Positions 52,593 through 64,000 of a DNA stretch of 64,000 nt are shown in pieces. The notes beneath the pieces are model-generated. The model made no database searches. It saw only the letters and a list, made by a program, of their open reading frames with translations, and was not told the DNA's origin. The position numbers and the translations under genes are program-made. The DNA lies in assembly GCF_006345805.1 (NCBI RefSeq), contig NC_042999.1, forward strand, positions 7,192,001 to 7,256,000, in the 5' to 3' direction. This DNA is from Octopus sinensis. Its lineage: Eukaryota. Position 1 is the first letter of the stretch. Each line of letters starts with the position of its first letter.

Positions 52593-53037
52593 CCAGAAAT
52601 TGAAAACAGAGGGTTACCTACTTGCAAACAAATGTGGTAACATATAACAATATTGACCAATGTTACCGTGGTCTTTTTCGTAGGCTTTTCTTCCCACGGA
52701 TAAACCTTACTTGCTTTCCCCTTTACACCATATATCATAACACTGTGATACACGATCCCTATTGATCGTTTTTTTTCCTCTTCCCCTTTTCTTCTTCTTT
52801 TTTCATTTATCTTTTCTTTTGTTCCTTTTCCTTTTCTTCTTTTTTTATTTTTATTTTTTTATTTTTTATTATATTTTTTTGTTCTTTTCTTCCCTTTTAC
52901 TATCCCTCTTGATCGAAAACCTACCCCACCCCTTTTTTTTGTTTCTTTTGTTTTTTGTTTTTTTCATCCCCCAAAAGAAAAGCTCTACCTTGTAACTTGT
53001 CCCATCTGTGTGCAGCCCTGTGTGGCCAATAAAGAAA
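52081..53037 (+). repeat. Tandem duplication of a unit of about 440 bp separated by (TATC)n; resembles a LINE 3' end
   Basis: Units 52081-52520 and 52594-53037 are nearly identical, T-rich, and end in AATAAAGAAA before (TATC)n. LINE identity is inferred. Confidence 0.85.
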
Positions 53038-53038
53038 C

Positions 53039-53082
<44 letters not shown>

Positions 53083-53515
53083 GCATACATGCACATTTAC
53101 ATACAATTTTTTGTTGTTGCTCCGAGTCATATACACAAGATAAGTGTTTCCACCATTCCAAGAAGTATTGTGAACCAATATGGCTTCTGCAGTTCGAGAT
53201 TGAAGATACTCTGATCCGTTTCCATCAACTTGGTTTGATGCAAAGTGCAGCTGCTAATAATTTAACGCTTTGTGTTTCATTGGATATGCCTCGACATTGA
53301 CTGGTGAAGCTTGTGGCAAATACAAGTCATTGCGTCTCGTCTCCGATTATATTTGGAAATATGCAGTTGTGGTCAGATTTCCGTAGTTTGCTTTCTTATT
53401 TACTGCATGCATGGTTCTGGAATTCGTGAAACAATACATTGAGTAATTAATGCCCCCGATAAGCATACATGCACATACATATCCACACATAAAAACACAC
53501 ACGCATATGTACATA

Positions 53516-53550
<35 letters not shown>

Positions 53551-53725
53551 TTATTCATGATTATGCATACACACATACACATGGCTGTACATGCACGGAT
53601 AAATATTTGTAAATGATTATACATGTTTGTGGATATATATACATAATTATATATAAGCGCTATATATATTTATTTATATATATTTCTCATCGTCTTTTCT
53701 CTTTTGCCGTTTTACCCTTTATATG

Positions 53726-53763
<38 letters not shown>

Positions 53764-53795
53764 TATGTATGTATATAAATATATATATACATATC

Positions 53796-53855
<60 letters not shown>

Positions 53856-55329
53856 TATACGTATATATATATATATATACATACATATATATGTACATAT
53901 ATATACATGTGTTTGTGTGTGTGTGTGTGTGTTAGTGTCTGTGTGTGTCTTTATCTGTGTCTGTGTGTTTCTGTGTGTGTATAGATATGCCTGTAACGTT
54001 CGGCTATCCAAATACATAGATGGCTCATAAATTACTACTCTTCTACAAGATAATGATACCAAAGTAATTCCCAATAAATTGGTTGGCAACGATAAATATA
54101 CGAACAGACACGAACCTAAGATTAACTTCAGTGGAAAGCCAAGATACACTTAAAGTTATCGTGACGTGGATGGTGTGTATGCAAGACTAGTAACTGGATT
54201 AAGATAACTTCTGGTATTATTCTCCTCTTATTATATTCGAGTTATTGATCACAAAAATACATCGGTATACTGGGAAGAGTCTGAGTTAAATTCAACAGAA
54301 TTAACATTTTGAGAAAATGGTTTCTGTCACGCACTTTCTTTTGACTTTTCAACCAGGCAATATGTCTCTCCACTCATGCATACTGTATTCATTTGGGAAA
54401 ATACAAACAGCTTGAAAATATAATCAAATTCACTGATAGCTTCACTGGGAAGAAATACAGAACAAAATATAGCATAAAAACTCTATATATATATTAGCAT
54501 ATACACGATATATATATAATCATATATAGGATATACATAGGACACAAATATAGCTTCAGCCGCACACATAGAGCTGCATCTACACACATAGTCACACTTT
54601 TATATAATTCTTTGACGTTCATCGTCGGAACCATCTCAGAGAATGTTCAGAATTCAAACACACACACATACAAACATTATGCCTTTGCGAGAATATTAGT
54701 GACAGTAACTTCGGAGTTACGACCACCTAAGTCATCATCGATCTATGATGCATTTGAATTAATCTTGGTTTTATATAGCCTCCGTTGAGATAAAAAATTT
54801 TTCCTCGGGTAGGTGGAGTTCTGTTGAATGGGAATTAGGTTGTAGCGTAGGTTGTGATGAAGAGATGTTATGGAGAAGAGATTAAATTTGCAGGCATATT
54901 ACTGTTCAAAATATTTATGCGTAGAGGACTTTTATAAACAGGTGTGTGTATTTAAGAGTGTCAGCTTCAGGCCATGTGATTGTTTTTAGGAATGTAGGTT
55001 GGTAGAAGGAGTTTCTTGGTCAGAAAGTGTGTCGCTAGTTTTAGTTATTGTTGTTTTCTTTGGATTTAATTCTTTCCTCTGACAATGTAAATGTCAATGT
55101 CCGAAGTTTAGTTCGGCATTTAAAACTTTGTAATTGGGCATACCAGCGGTTTCGCGATGCAATTTTTAAGGGTTCACAAAAGAATGTAAGTAACGTGTAT
55201 GCTTTAATTGGTCAGAGATTTTCTTTGCATGTTGTTGATGTTATTTAGAATATTCCCCTATTTGTATTGGGAAGGTTGAGGTCATCGGTGTATATATTAA
55301 TATTTCTATTCATGTTCAGTTATAATCCT

Positions 55330-55537
55330 TTCCATTGTGGTCACAAGGCCAGAAATTTGAGAGAGAGGGATAGTCGATTACATCTACACAAATACTCAAC
55401 TGGTACTTACTTTATCGACCCCGAAAGGATGAAAGGTGAAGTCGACCTCGGTGGAATTCGAACTCAGGACGTAGCGGCAGACGGAATACCGCTTATCATT
55501 TCGGCCAGCATACTAACAATTCTGCCAGCTCGCCGCT
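55330..55537 (-). mobile_element. SINE family B monomer with standard tail
   Basis: Reverse-complement match. Confidence 0.8.
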
Positions 55538-55810
55538 TTTATCTTCAGTTATAATAAAAACAAGATTACATTGATGTGATAGGATACTCGATGATTTTGT
55601 AGAGTATAAATTTGTTATTCTTAAGCAAGATTGTTGTTGCCAGTGACTTGGCTAAGCTACCCGAAACTTCGAAGTGACTGTCAACAATATACCTGTTTAA
55701 GGATTATATATATATAAGTTCAGCAAAATTTAGATTCAAATGAATATGGTACTTAAGTCAGAGGCACCAGCATTTTGTATGGTATTATCTATATAAATCC
55801 ATGGAGTGAT

Positions 55811-56214
55811 TATAATCAAAATAAGCAACAAGTATATCTTCTGTCATTTGGTACGATCGTTTCATGCTACTCATTTTATTAAACATTGTAAGTATTACAT
55901 CAGTTTTAAAATGTTGAGCAATCTTCAGCCATTTATAGAAGTCTTCCACCAAACGGACAATACATATACTTATTTCCATTTCGTTTGCGAACATTATAAA
56001 GCGGGTAGATATACAGACAGAGAGGTTATAATGTTGGCAAACGAAATGGAAATAAGTATATGTATTGTCCGTTTGATAGAAGACTTCTATAAATGGCTGA
56101 AGATTGCTCAACATTTTAAAACTGATGTATACTTACAATGTTTAATAAAATGAGGTAGCATGAAACGATCGTACCAAATGACAGAAGATACACTTTTTGC
56201 TTATTTTGATTATA
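55811..56214. repeat. Long near-perfect inverted repeat: arms of about 188 bp, 26-bp spacer
   Basis: Arms 55811-55999 and 56026-56214; ORFs 55785..56114 (-) and 55806..56153 (+) are nearly the same peptide for this reason. Confidence 0.95.
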
Positions 56215-56569
56215 TTATATATATATATATATATTATATATATATATATACATTTGTTATACATATATATTGGGTGCACATCTGTGTGTAAGCCTACAAC
56301 TGTACAAGTTAAAAGACCCATGTAGATTATCATTAAGTCGTCTGCTTCTAGTATAGTGGTTAGTGTACATAACTGTGTTACTAGTTATGATGTACGGAAA
56401 TCTGATACTAGATCTCCGTAGCAGAATACAATAAAGTGTTTCCTTGATAACTCCTTGCAATTAGCCATTCAAGTGTACTTGAAACCTCCAATGTTGAGTT
56501 CCAATGAACTACAAGTGTGAAACATATGTATGAACTAAATACATATATAGGTATTTATATTAATTTCCT

Positions 56570-56644
<75 letters not shown>

Positions 56645-56649
56645 TATAT

Positions 56650-56797
56650 ACCGGAGTAAACACATAAATGTGAAACAAGGTGGAAAAAAGAGTACTCAAA
56701 TACCAGAGGTAGAGTAATATGCTTTATTTAAAAGCAGCAGAAAATTCAACAAAACCTGTTACTCTGAGTTTCACCTTCCCGTTCGTCGGACAGTTTT

Positions 56798-56802
<5 letters not shown>
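56650..56802 (-). mobile_element. Solo pLTR-like mini-element of another PLE family within (TA)n
   Basis: CCGACGA-ACGGGAAGGT-GAAACTC relic followed by AATAAA and a pyrimidine-rich end. Confidence 0.45.
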
Positions 56803-56824
<22 letters not shown>

Positions 56825-56831
<7 letters not shown>

Positions 56832-57410
56832 TCGGTAAGACGTTAATCCGAAATAGAAGCATACTTTAAGTTATAGAGCAGTATATTATAAAGGTAAAGT
56901 TAGATAAGTCCGGTTTATGGGATTACCCTGGGTTTTACGTCCATAAAGCTCTTCGTTTTACAGCATATCGTCAAATCCCGAACCTGTTGGCTTAGGGCCT
57001 CTCTAGCAAGTGGCTTCTCTTTAAAATGGAGGAGGAAAAATCTTTGTTACTCTAAGTCAGCAACAGGGCTTTGTCTCCCTTTGGCTGTCAATCTTAAATG
57101 GCTGTTATCGTGTTGGTTCCAATAGGCCAGCAGGAAATTCCCTGAAATGCAAGCACCGTCCGAAGACCTCCATTCTGGAATCAAGGATGTTCCCCGGGTC
57201 GAGGGAGTCCTTTACTACCTTCACCCGTTCAGCTATGCTCAGTTTAAAACTCTTGATCCCGTTTATGATGAGGCCTGGATTTTCTAGAATTCTCCATGAT
57301 ATTACATGTGGAATTCCGTCGTACTTCAGCTGCTCTACATGGCAGTCTAATGAGCTGAGAAATGAATGTAAAGCCTGGTGTATGTGTGTTATGGCTACCA
57401 ACTCCTAAAA
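56825..57410 (-). mobile_element. Decayed PLE 3' end (endonuclease C-terminus, UTR, relic hammerhead 56919-56979)
   Basis: HVEQLKYDG..ISWRILE..KSFKLSIAERVKV..ILDSRMEVFGRCLH resembles the W-LK..I-W-I..C-LC--E..LN-R-E---C-H C-terminus of PLE GIY-YIG proteins. Confidence 0.6.
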
Positions 57411-57489
57411 AAATGGGGAATAGGCCTGGGTATATGTATGCAAATTAAATATTTCGCGAAGTGTATCATTTCATGTAGCTGGAAAATAT

Positions 57490-57873
57490 TTACAAGAACA
57501 TTCAGAGAGCGCAAACCTCCGCCAAGGCAGCAACAACGTCCTCTCAATGATTAACCGGAGAAGATTTTTAAAATGAGAAAATCTGAAATATACTCGAGTG
57601 CTCTCACAAACGACAATACTAAAAATGAACTCGACCGCTCTCAAAAATTAAGTAAAAATAAAAAACCAGAAAAATAATCCTGAATTCTTGTCCGGTACCG
57701 GATCGATCCCCAAATCTAATCGGTTCGTGCCAAGCACGAGCCCAAACGTCCCTGAAGGTTTCATCCAAATCCATCTAGCGTTTCTTGCGATATCTTGTCC
57801 CACGGACAAAGAAACAAGCAAGCAAAAACGACTGAAAAACAATACCTCCGCCTTCGCTAAGGCGGAGGTAATT
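57490..57873 (+). mobile_element. Non-autonomous Helentron-associated (HINE/DINE-1-like) element
   Basis: 5' subterminal ACCTCCGCC (57515-57523); 3' hairpin ACCTCCGCC-TTCGCTAA-GGCGGAGGT (57844-57869) a few nt from the end; no coding capacity. Confidence 0.6.
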
Positions 57874-58010
57874 AAGAAGATATTCATTATATGTGTGATT
57901 CTTTTTTTCTTTTTCTGTGTAGATTGTTAAAAGTTCAGTAGTTTAGGAGGAACAGAGAAATATTTCTTACAAATGAACTGTTTCCAGGGTGTTCTACTTT
58001 AAATCCAGGT

Positions 58011-58391
58011 GGAGGCGCAATGGCCCAGTGGTTAGGGAAGCGGACTCGCTGTCATAGGATCGCGCTTTCGATTCCCAGACCGGGCGTTGTGAGTGTTTAT
58101 TGAGCGAAAACACCTAAAGCTCCTCGAGGCTCCGGCAGGGGATGATGGTGATCCCTGTTGTACTCTTTCACCACAACTTTCTCTCACTCTTACTGCTTGT
58201 TTCTGTTGTACCTGTATTTCAAAGGGCCGGCCTTGTCACTCTCTGTGTCACGCTGAATATCCCCGAGAACTACGTAAAGGGTGCACGTGTCTGTGGAGTG
58301 CTCAGCCACTTACGCGTTAATTTCACGAGCAGGCTGTTCCGTTGATTCGGATCAACCGGAACCCTCATCGTCGTAAACGACGGAGTGCTTC
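58011..58391 (+). mobile_element. SINE family C with 13-bp TSD
   Basis: CTACTTTAAATCC at 57994-58006 and 58392-58404. Confidence 0.9.
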
Positions 58392-58859
58392 CTACTTTAA
58401 ATCCGTTAAGTAGTTAGTATCATTGTTTTGACGATGAACGAAATACGCGAGCCATTTTCCGTATTTTCTTTTTGAATGTAGACATTAGCTTTAAACTTTT
58501 ATTCCCTGCTAGTGCAGCCTTTGTTGCGTGTTAGAATAGATATCTCTTCGTTTACATAGCAACTCGAGTATTTTTGAAAATATATGCGGATACTTTTAGA
58601 ATTCACAGCCGGAATAATTCGAAAATGTGTGGGATCCTGAAGCCGGGTATATCGATGTAGATAATCATAGCTAGAATAACTATCACCATGTTATAGCGTC
58701 GAAAATTCACCACCTGATGTTTCATCCAATGTCGAACTTCCTACTGGTAAAAAGAGAGACAGGTGTGACGTGAAACATGTAGGGTGTTCATGCTATATAT
58801 TTCTTGTCTAACATGTCTAATGACATATATATATATATTATATATACATATATATATAT

Positions 58860-58917
58860 TAAAATACCATGCATATATGGATACAGGACGTCACCAACAG
58901 TGCAAATAACATACATA

Positions 58918-58959
<42 letters not shown>

Positions 58960-59032
58960 ATATTTCGGAATGGTCATATTGCCAGTTTAGCCAACAAATA
59001 TTTAAACGTATATATATATATATATATGCATA

Positions 59033-59063
<31 letters not shown>

Positions 59064-59121
59064 TAAAATACCATGCATATATGGATACAGGACGTCACCA
59101 ACAGTGCAAATAACATACATA

Positions 59122-59163
<42 letters not shown>

Positions 59164-59260
59164 ATATTTCGGAATGGTCATATTGCCAGTTTAGCCAACA
59201 AATATTTAAACGTATATATATATATATATATATGCATATATATATATATATATACACTAT
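58860..59260. repeat. Tandem duplication with 204-bp period, unique cores separated by (TA)n
   Basis: AAAATACCATGC.. at 58861 and 59065; ORFs 58869 and 59073 are near-identical. Confidence 0.9.
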
Positions 59261-59299
59261 GTATATATAAATGTGTGTTTTTGTGTATGTTTGTATCTG

Positions 59300-59635
59300 T
59301 GTGTGTCCCCATCCCACAGGTATATGCTGGTTTATCCCTACCGCATCATGTTGGTTCCATAACCCTTAGGGCAAAGCAATATCAAAATTCACTCATCCGT
59401 CCAAAAATACTCTCCAAACTTTTCTATCATTAATAAACTCTCTTGCCACACTCACTCCAACATCTCTAACAACCAAAGCTTTCCTCACTGCATCCATCCA
59501 TCCATCCATCCATCCATCCATCCACAGAAGCCGTAGTCTGCTTCAGGTTCTGCTGCCTACCACTTCTGCCTTCATCTCCTTCTTCACCATCCGCTCCTCA
59601 TCCAACTTCTCCATTTGGCCAAACCACCTCAAATA
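59300..59635 (-). mobile_element. RTE-clade LINE 3' fragment, decayed
   Basis: Manual translation KYLRWFGQMEKLDEERMVKKEMKAEVVGSR..WMDG..DAVRKAL..DRKVWR matches the LRWFGH..GxRxRGRP..W-D C-terminus of RTE ORFs. Confidence 0.7.
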
Positions 59636-59860
59636 TTTAATTTATTTTATTTACCGCAGGTTTCGCTATGCTGGTGATTTCAAATAAAAATGAAATGGTG
59701 CTCTGCGTGATTACACATGTAGATTCTGTGTATCCTCTTCATTGCCTTCGATTTAAAATTCACATTTCTAATTTGGCCATGATTAATCTAGAAACGATTA
59801 TCTCCCTTACAATAACAAGCCGCCAGGGCACGCTTCTTGTTAAAATTATACACAACCATA

Positions 59861-60083
59861 CAAGGCTGGGCTGAAAAATTCCTGGCTTTGAATAAAAGAA
59901 AATACAGAACGATCAGTTAATTATAATTTTAATCAGCATCAACATATTCTCCTTTCAGATTCACACAGGTCTTGCTGGGGTCCTTCAGTTTTTCTAAGCA
60001 CTGCAAAAGAACGCCGCAGGTTAGGCCTCCAACCAAGCCATTCGCAGTAACCTTAAAACCAGGAATTTTTCAGCATCCCCTCG
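59861..60083. mobile_element. Mariner-type MITE, 223 bp
   Basis: 29-bp TIRs matching at 23/29 (core GCTGAAAAATTCCTGG); TA at 59859-59860 and 60084-60085. Confidence 0.85.
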
Positions 60084-60831
60084 TATATTAGTGTATGTGT
60101 GTCTGTTTGTTTGTTTGTGTGCATGTGTGTGTCTGTATGTATGTGTCTGTGTGTGTGTTTTAATAAAGTTTTTAATAGTATATATAACAGCCTACAGTCG
60201 CAAAAGATTGTGTTTTTGAAGATAGATGTTATTTCGATTTTACCATGTCTATTAGAATATCAGACGTATGAATTGCAAATTCGATATGATATTGGAATTA
60301 CGAAAACTTTCTGCTTAAATCAGAACAATCGAAGATTACCCATAAGTAAGATGTGATATGTATATATTTAAAGTTATTTCTAGAATATTCGCGAGTGTTA
60401 TGAATGTATTAACTGCAGTCAACCTAAGTAGTTTGAAACAAATGAGACTATATAATACATTCATATACTTCCATCCTGCGTTTTTGATTTTGGTAATAGA
60501 GTCACTTATCAGTTTGGGGTTTCTGTGAAAATTACTAATTTCCGTGACAAAATGGTTCTCTTATTACAAAAACGCGGTTTTAAAAAGAGAAAAGTATTGC
60601 ACAGATTAGAGATCAAGTGATCGAGTCTGACGGCTATCAACCTAGACTTTGTTTCTCTTCTTCCAAGTCTCTATATATACACAAACAATTATACATACAT
60701 ACACACGTAAATGTGCATATGTAAACGCATACTCATATGGGTATATGTCTGTGTGTGTAATATAGATATATGTATATATGTATGTACGTGTATGTATACA
60801 CATATGTATATATATATATATATGTTATATA

Positions 60832-60873
<42 letters not shown>

Positions 60874-60875
60874 TA

Positions 60876-60906
<31 letters not shown>

Positions 60907-61070
60907 CGTACGTGTATTATTCGAAAGTATATACTTATATACGTATGTTGTGTGAGGAAGAATATATTATCGCATAAGGATATATATATAAATTTATTAC
61001 TGTTAGCGATTTTCAGACGGGTATAAATATTTTTATTAGTATACATAAAAACATAATGTATTTTATAATA

Positions 61071-61106
<36 letters not shown>

Positions 61107-61270
61107 CATTTATATATAAGTATATAAATATATAAGTGTGTGTGTGTATCAGTGTCTGTAAGTATATCCCACATATGTATTTTATGTTGTTACAGTTATG
61201 AATATAAATGTATAGTATATAAGTATATATCATATATATATATATATATCATTACATATATATATATCTC

Positions 61271-61316
<46 letters not shown>

Positions 61317-61821
61317 ATGTGTGTGTGTGTGTGTGGTGTATATAGACATATGGACATATGGGTGTGTAGACGCACGTTTGTGTATATATATGTATGGGTA
61401 TTCATATTTTCATATATGCATAGCCAAAAATTCTATATGTTCATGGGTGTGTGTAAGTGTGTGTGTAAGTGTGTATGTGTGTGTGTGTAGTGTGTGTGTG
61501 TGTGTAAGTGTGTGTGTGTGAATGTTTGTGTGTGTGTGTGTGCTTCACTGTTGAATATTGATATCGATATTATTAAAGTATTTTTAGAAAAGTCTCCGTC
61601 TCAGGAATGGAATCAATGAGAATATTAAGAATTCTTCAAGAAATACCATAAACATGTTACCGAATATATTTCGTTTGCATTAAACACAAAATTCTCGCCA
61701 TTTAGGCATTTTCTGTATAATTCATTTAAGTGCTTTGCAAAGAAAGTTTTACTTCGTGTCGTCACCATCTGGATATCTATCGTTATATATATATGAATAT
61801 ACATATATATATATATATAAT

Positions 61822-61883
<62 letters not shown>

Positions 61884-62279
61884 CAAATATATATACATAT
61901 ATATACAGACACACATACACAGATACTCCTATACATACATATTCACACGTCACACTAACGTAAGGTAGAGATTGATAGGTACATATATACGTAATACACT
62001 GGCATAACCGTTCATAAATACCTAGATGAATATTTTGATATCCATGTTTGTTTGTATGTTTCTTTAATAACACTTTCTATCTCTCGCTCTCTCCTTCACT
62101 ATCTCTCGCTCTCGGACACACACTCCCTCGCGCCCCTCCTCTCTCTCTACACACACAACACACACACACGTATCTGAATGTATCTATCTATCGGACACTT
62201 TCCACTCATCTCAATAATATTGCATAATATGATGCTTTGCTTACACTGATTTATACAAAATATACCGCTACAAACTAAT

Positions 62280-63210
62280 ACCTACATACATACATACATA
62301 CATACATACATACATACATACATACACACATACATACATACATACATACATACATACATACATACATACATACATACATACACACCTACACACATACATA
62401 CATACATACATACATACATACATACATACATACATACATACACACATACATACACACCTACACACATACATACATACGTACATACATACATACATACATG
62501 CATACATACATACATACATACATACATACATACATACATACATACACAAACACATACATACATACACACATACATGCATGCATACATACATACTTACATA
62601 CATTCATGCATGCATACATACATACATACATACATACATACACGCATGCATACATACATACATACATACATACATACATGCATACATACATACACACATA
62701 CATGCATGCATACATACATACATACATACACACCCATGAATACATACATACATACATACTTGCATGCATACATACATACATACACACACACATACATACA
62801 TACATACATACATGCATGCATGCATACATACATACATTCACACACACATGCATACATACATACATACATACATACATACATGCATACATACATACATACA
62901 TACACACCCATGCATACATACATACACACATACATGCATGCATACATACATGCATGCATGCATACATACATACATGCATACATACATACATACATACATA
63001 CATGCATACATACATACATGCATGCATACATACACACACATACATACATGCATACATACATAAATACATACATGCATACATACATACATACATACATGCA
63101 TGCACACATACATACATGCATGCATACATACATACATGCATACATAAATACATACATGCATACATACATACATACATACATATATACATACATGCACGTA
63201 TACATACATT
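62280..63210. repeat. Degenerate (TACA)n/(TGCA) microsatellite field of about 930 bp
   Basis: Direct inspection; source of the long HTYI/MYVC pseudo-ORFs. Confidence 0.95.
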
Positions 63211-63261
63211 ATATATTGTTGATATACACATATAGGCGCATGTGTAACTGTGAGGTAAAAA

Positions 63262-63407
63262 GGCGCAGGCATGGCTGTGTAATAAGAAGTACGCTTCCCA
63301 ACCACATGGTTCCGAGTTCAGTCACACTACGTGGCACCTTGGGCAAGTGTCTTCTACGATAGCCTCGGGCCTTGTGAATGGATTTGATAGACGGAAAGAA
63401 GCCCGTC

Positions 63408-63448
<41 letters not shown>

Positions 63449-63830
63449 GTAGTTAATCCAAACATGAAAACACAAAGAGAAAACACGACAACGCGAGGAC
63501 CTGGAACAAGTATAGTGTTATTGGACGCTCGGGAAAGGAAAGAAAGAAGGAGGATTTAACGTTTCGAGCGGAGCCCTTCGTCAGAAACACAGGAAAAGGA
63601 AAGATCCAAGGAAGGGAAGACGGAGGAAAAAAATCGCCAACGATACGCACGCGGTGTCCCCTTACCATGACAACCGATGTCGATGTGTTTACGTCTCCAT
63701 AACCTAGCGGTTTTGCAAAAGCGACTTACAGAAAAAGTACTAGGCTCACAAAGAATAAGTCCTGGGGTGGATTTGTCCGACTAAAGGCGGTGCTACAGTA
63801 TGGCCGCAGTCAAATGATTGAAACAATTAC
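63262..63830 (+). mobile_element. Diverged SINE family A interrupted in its (TA)n by a PLE mini-element
   Basis: Head 63262-63410; 3' half resumes at about 63655 and ends with the tail motif at about 63784-63823. Confidence 0.8.
63432..63655 (-). mobile_element. Solo Penelope pLTR mini-element with canonical minimal hammerhead (63555-63587)
   Basis: TTT-CTGACGA-A-GGGC(TCC)GCTC-GAAA-C-GTT/AAA; layout parallels 19435 and 44721. Confidence 0.75.
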
Positions 63831-64000
63831 AAGAGGTTCCGAATTGTTTTTAAACATTTTTTGCAATTGTTTGATAATGCAGACATAGACTTGCCCATAA
63901 GGAATCAATAAATCAACATTGATAGTTTTTCCACCGTTCTTTACAATCATCTGAAATGAAACAGTCAAAGTGCAATACTCGAGCAATTTTGCTATTCAAC

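Noticed and set aside
54690-55260. Possible PLE 3' relic with GATGATGACT..GGTC-GTAAC motif on the minus strand
   Set aside because: Core has several defects, stem I does not pair, and no convincing protein motif was found.

Overview
AT-rich eukaryotic DNA made almost entirely of transposable elements and microsatellites. The mix of tRNA-derived SINE families, R4/Dong LINEs, Penelope-like elements (PLEs) and (TA)n/(TACA)n/(TCTA)n/(TAA)n tracts looks like an Octopus (cephalopod) intronic or intergenic region. That assignment is pattern recognition, not a database result. I found no host protein-coding exon, and most ORFs in the track are microsatellite read-throughs. The real coding remnants are all mobile: a CR1/L2-group LINE (22.9-25.5 kb), R4/Dong RLE-LINEs (0-0.56, 8.2-8.7, 31.4-34.0 and 45.2-45.6 kb), a PLE RT/GIY-YIG fragment (41.4-42.9 kb), other PLE relics, an RTE 3' end and a Tc1 transposon. 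Four observations stand out. (1) A SINE subfamily with a LINE-like 3' tail appears to insert at one fixed position inside copies of its own family: a 14-bp target-site duplication (TSD) is visible in an old host copy at 12.5-12.8 kb, and six matching junctions at four loci build 185-bp arrays. Its 41-nt tail is shared with a putative LINE 3' end at 52-53 kb. (2) PLE termini carry many type I hammerhead ribozyme motifs: two full-core, long-stem-II motifs (40309-40403, 43059-43154), one minimal canonical motif, and three copies of an A6U core variant. (3) A SINE and a LINE share a 39-nt 3' end with compensatory stem changes. (4) A nested stack of (TAA)n-targeting elements lies at 31.2-34.8 kb. 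All coordinates, alignments and folds were read by eye.
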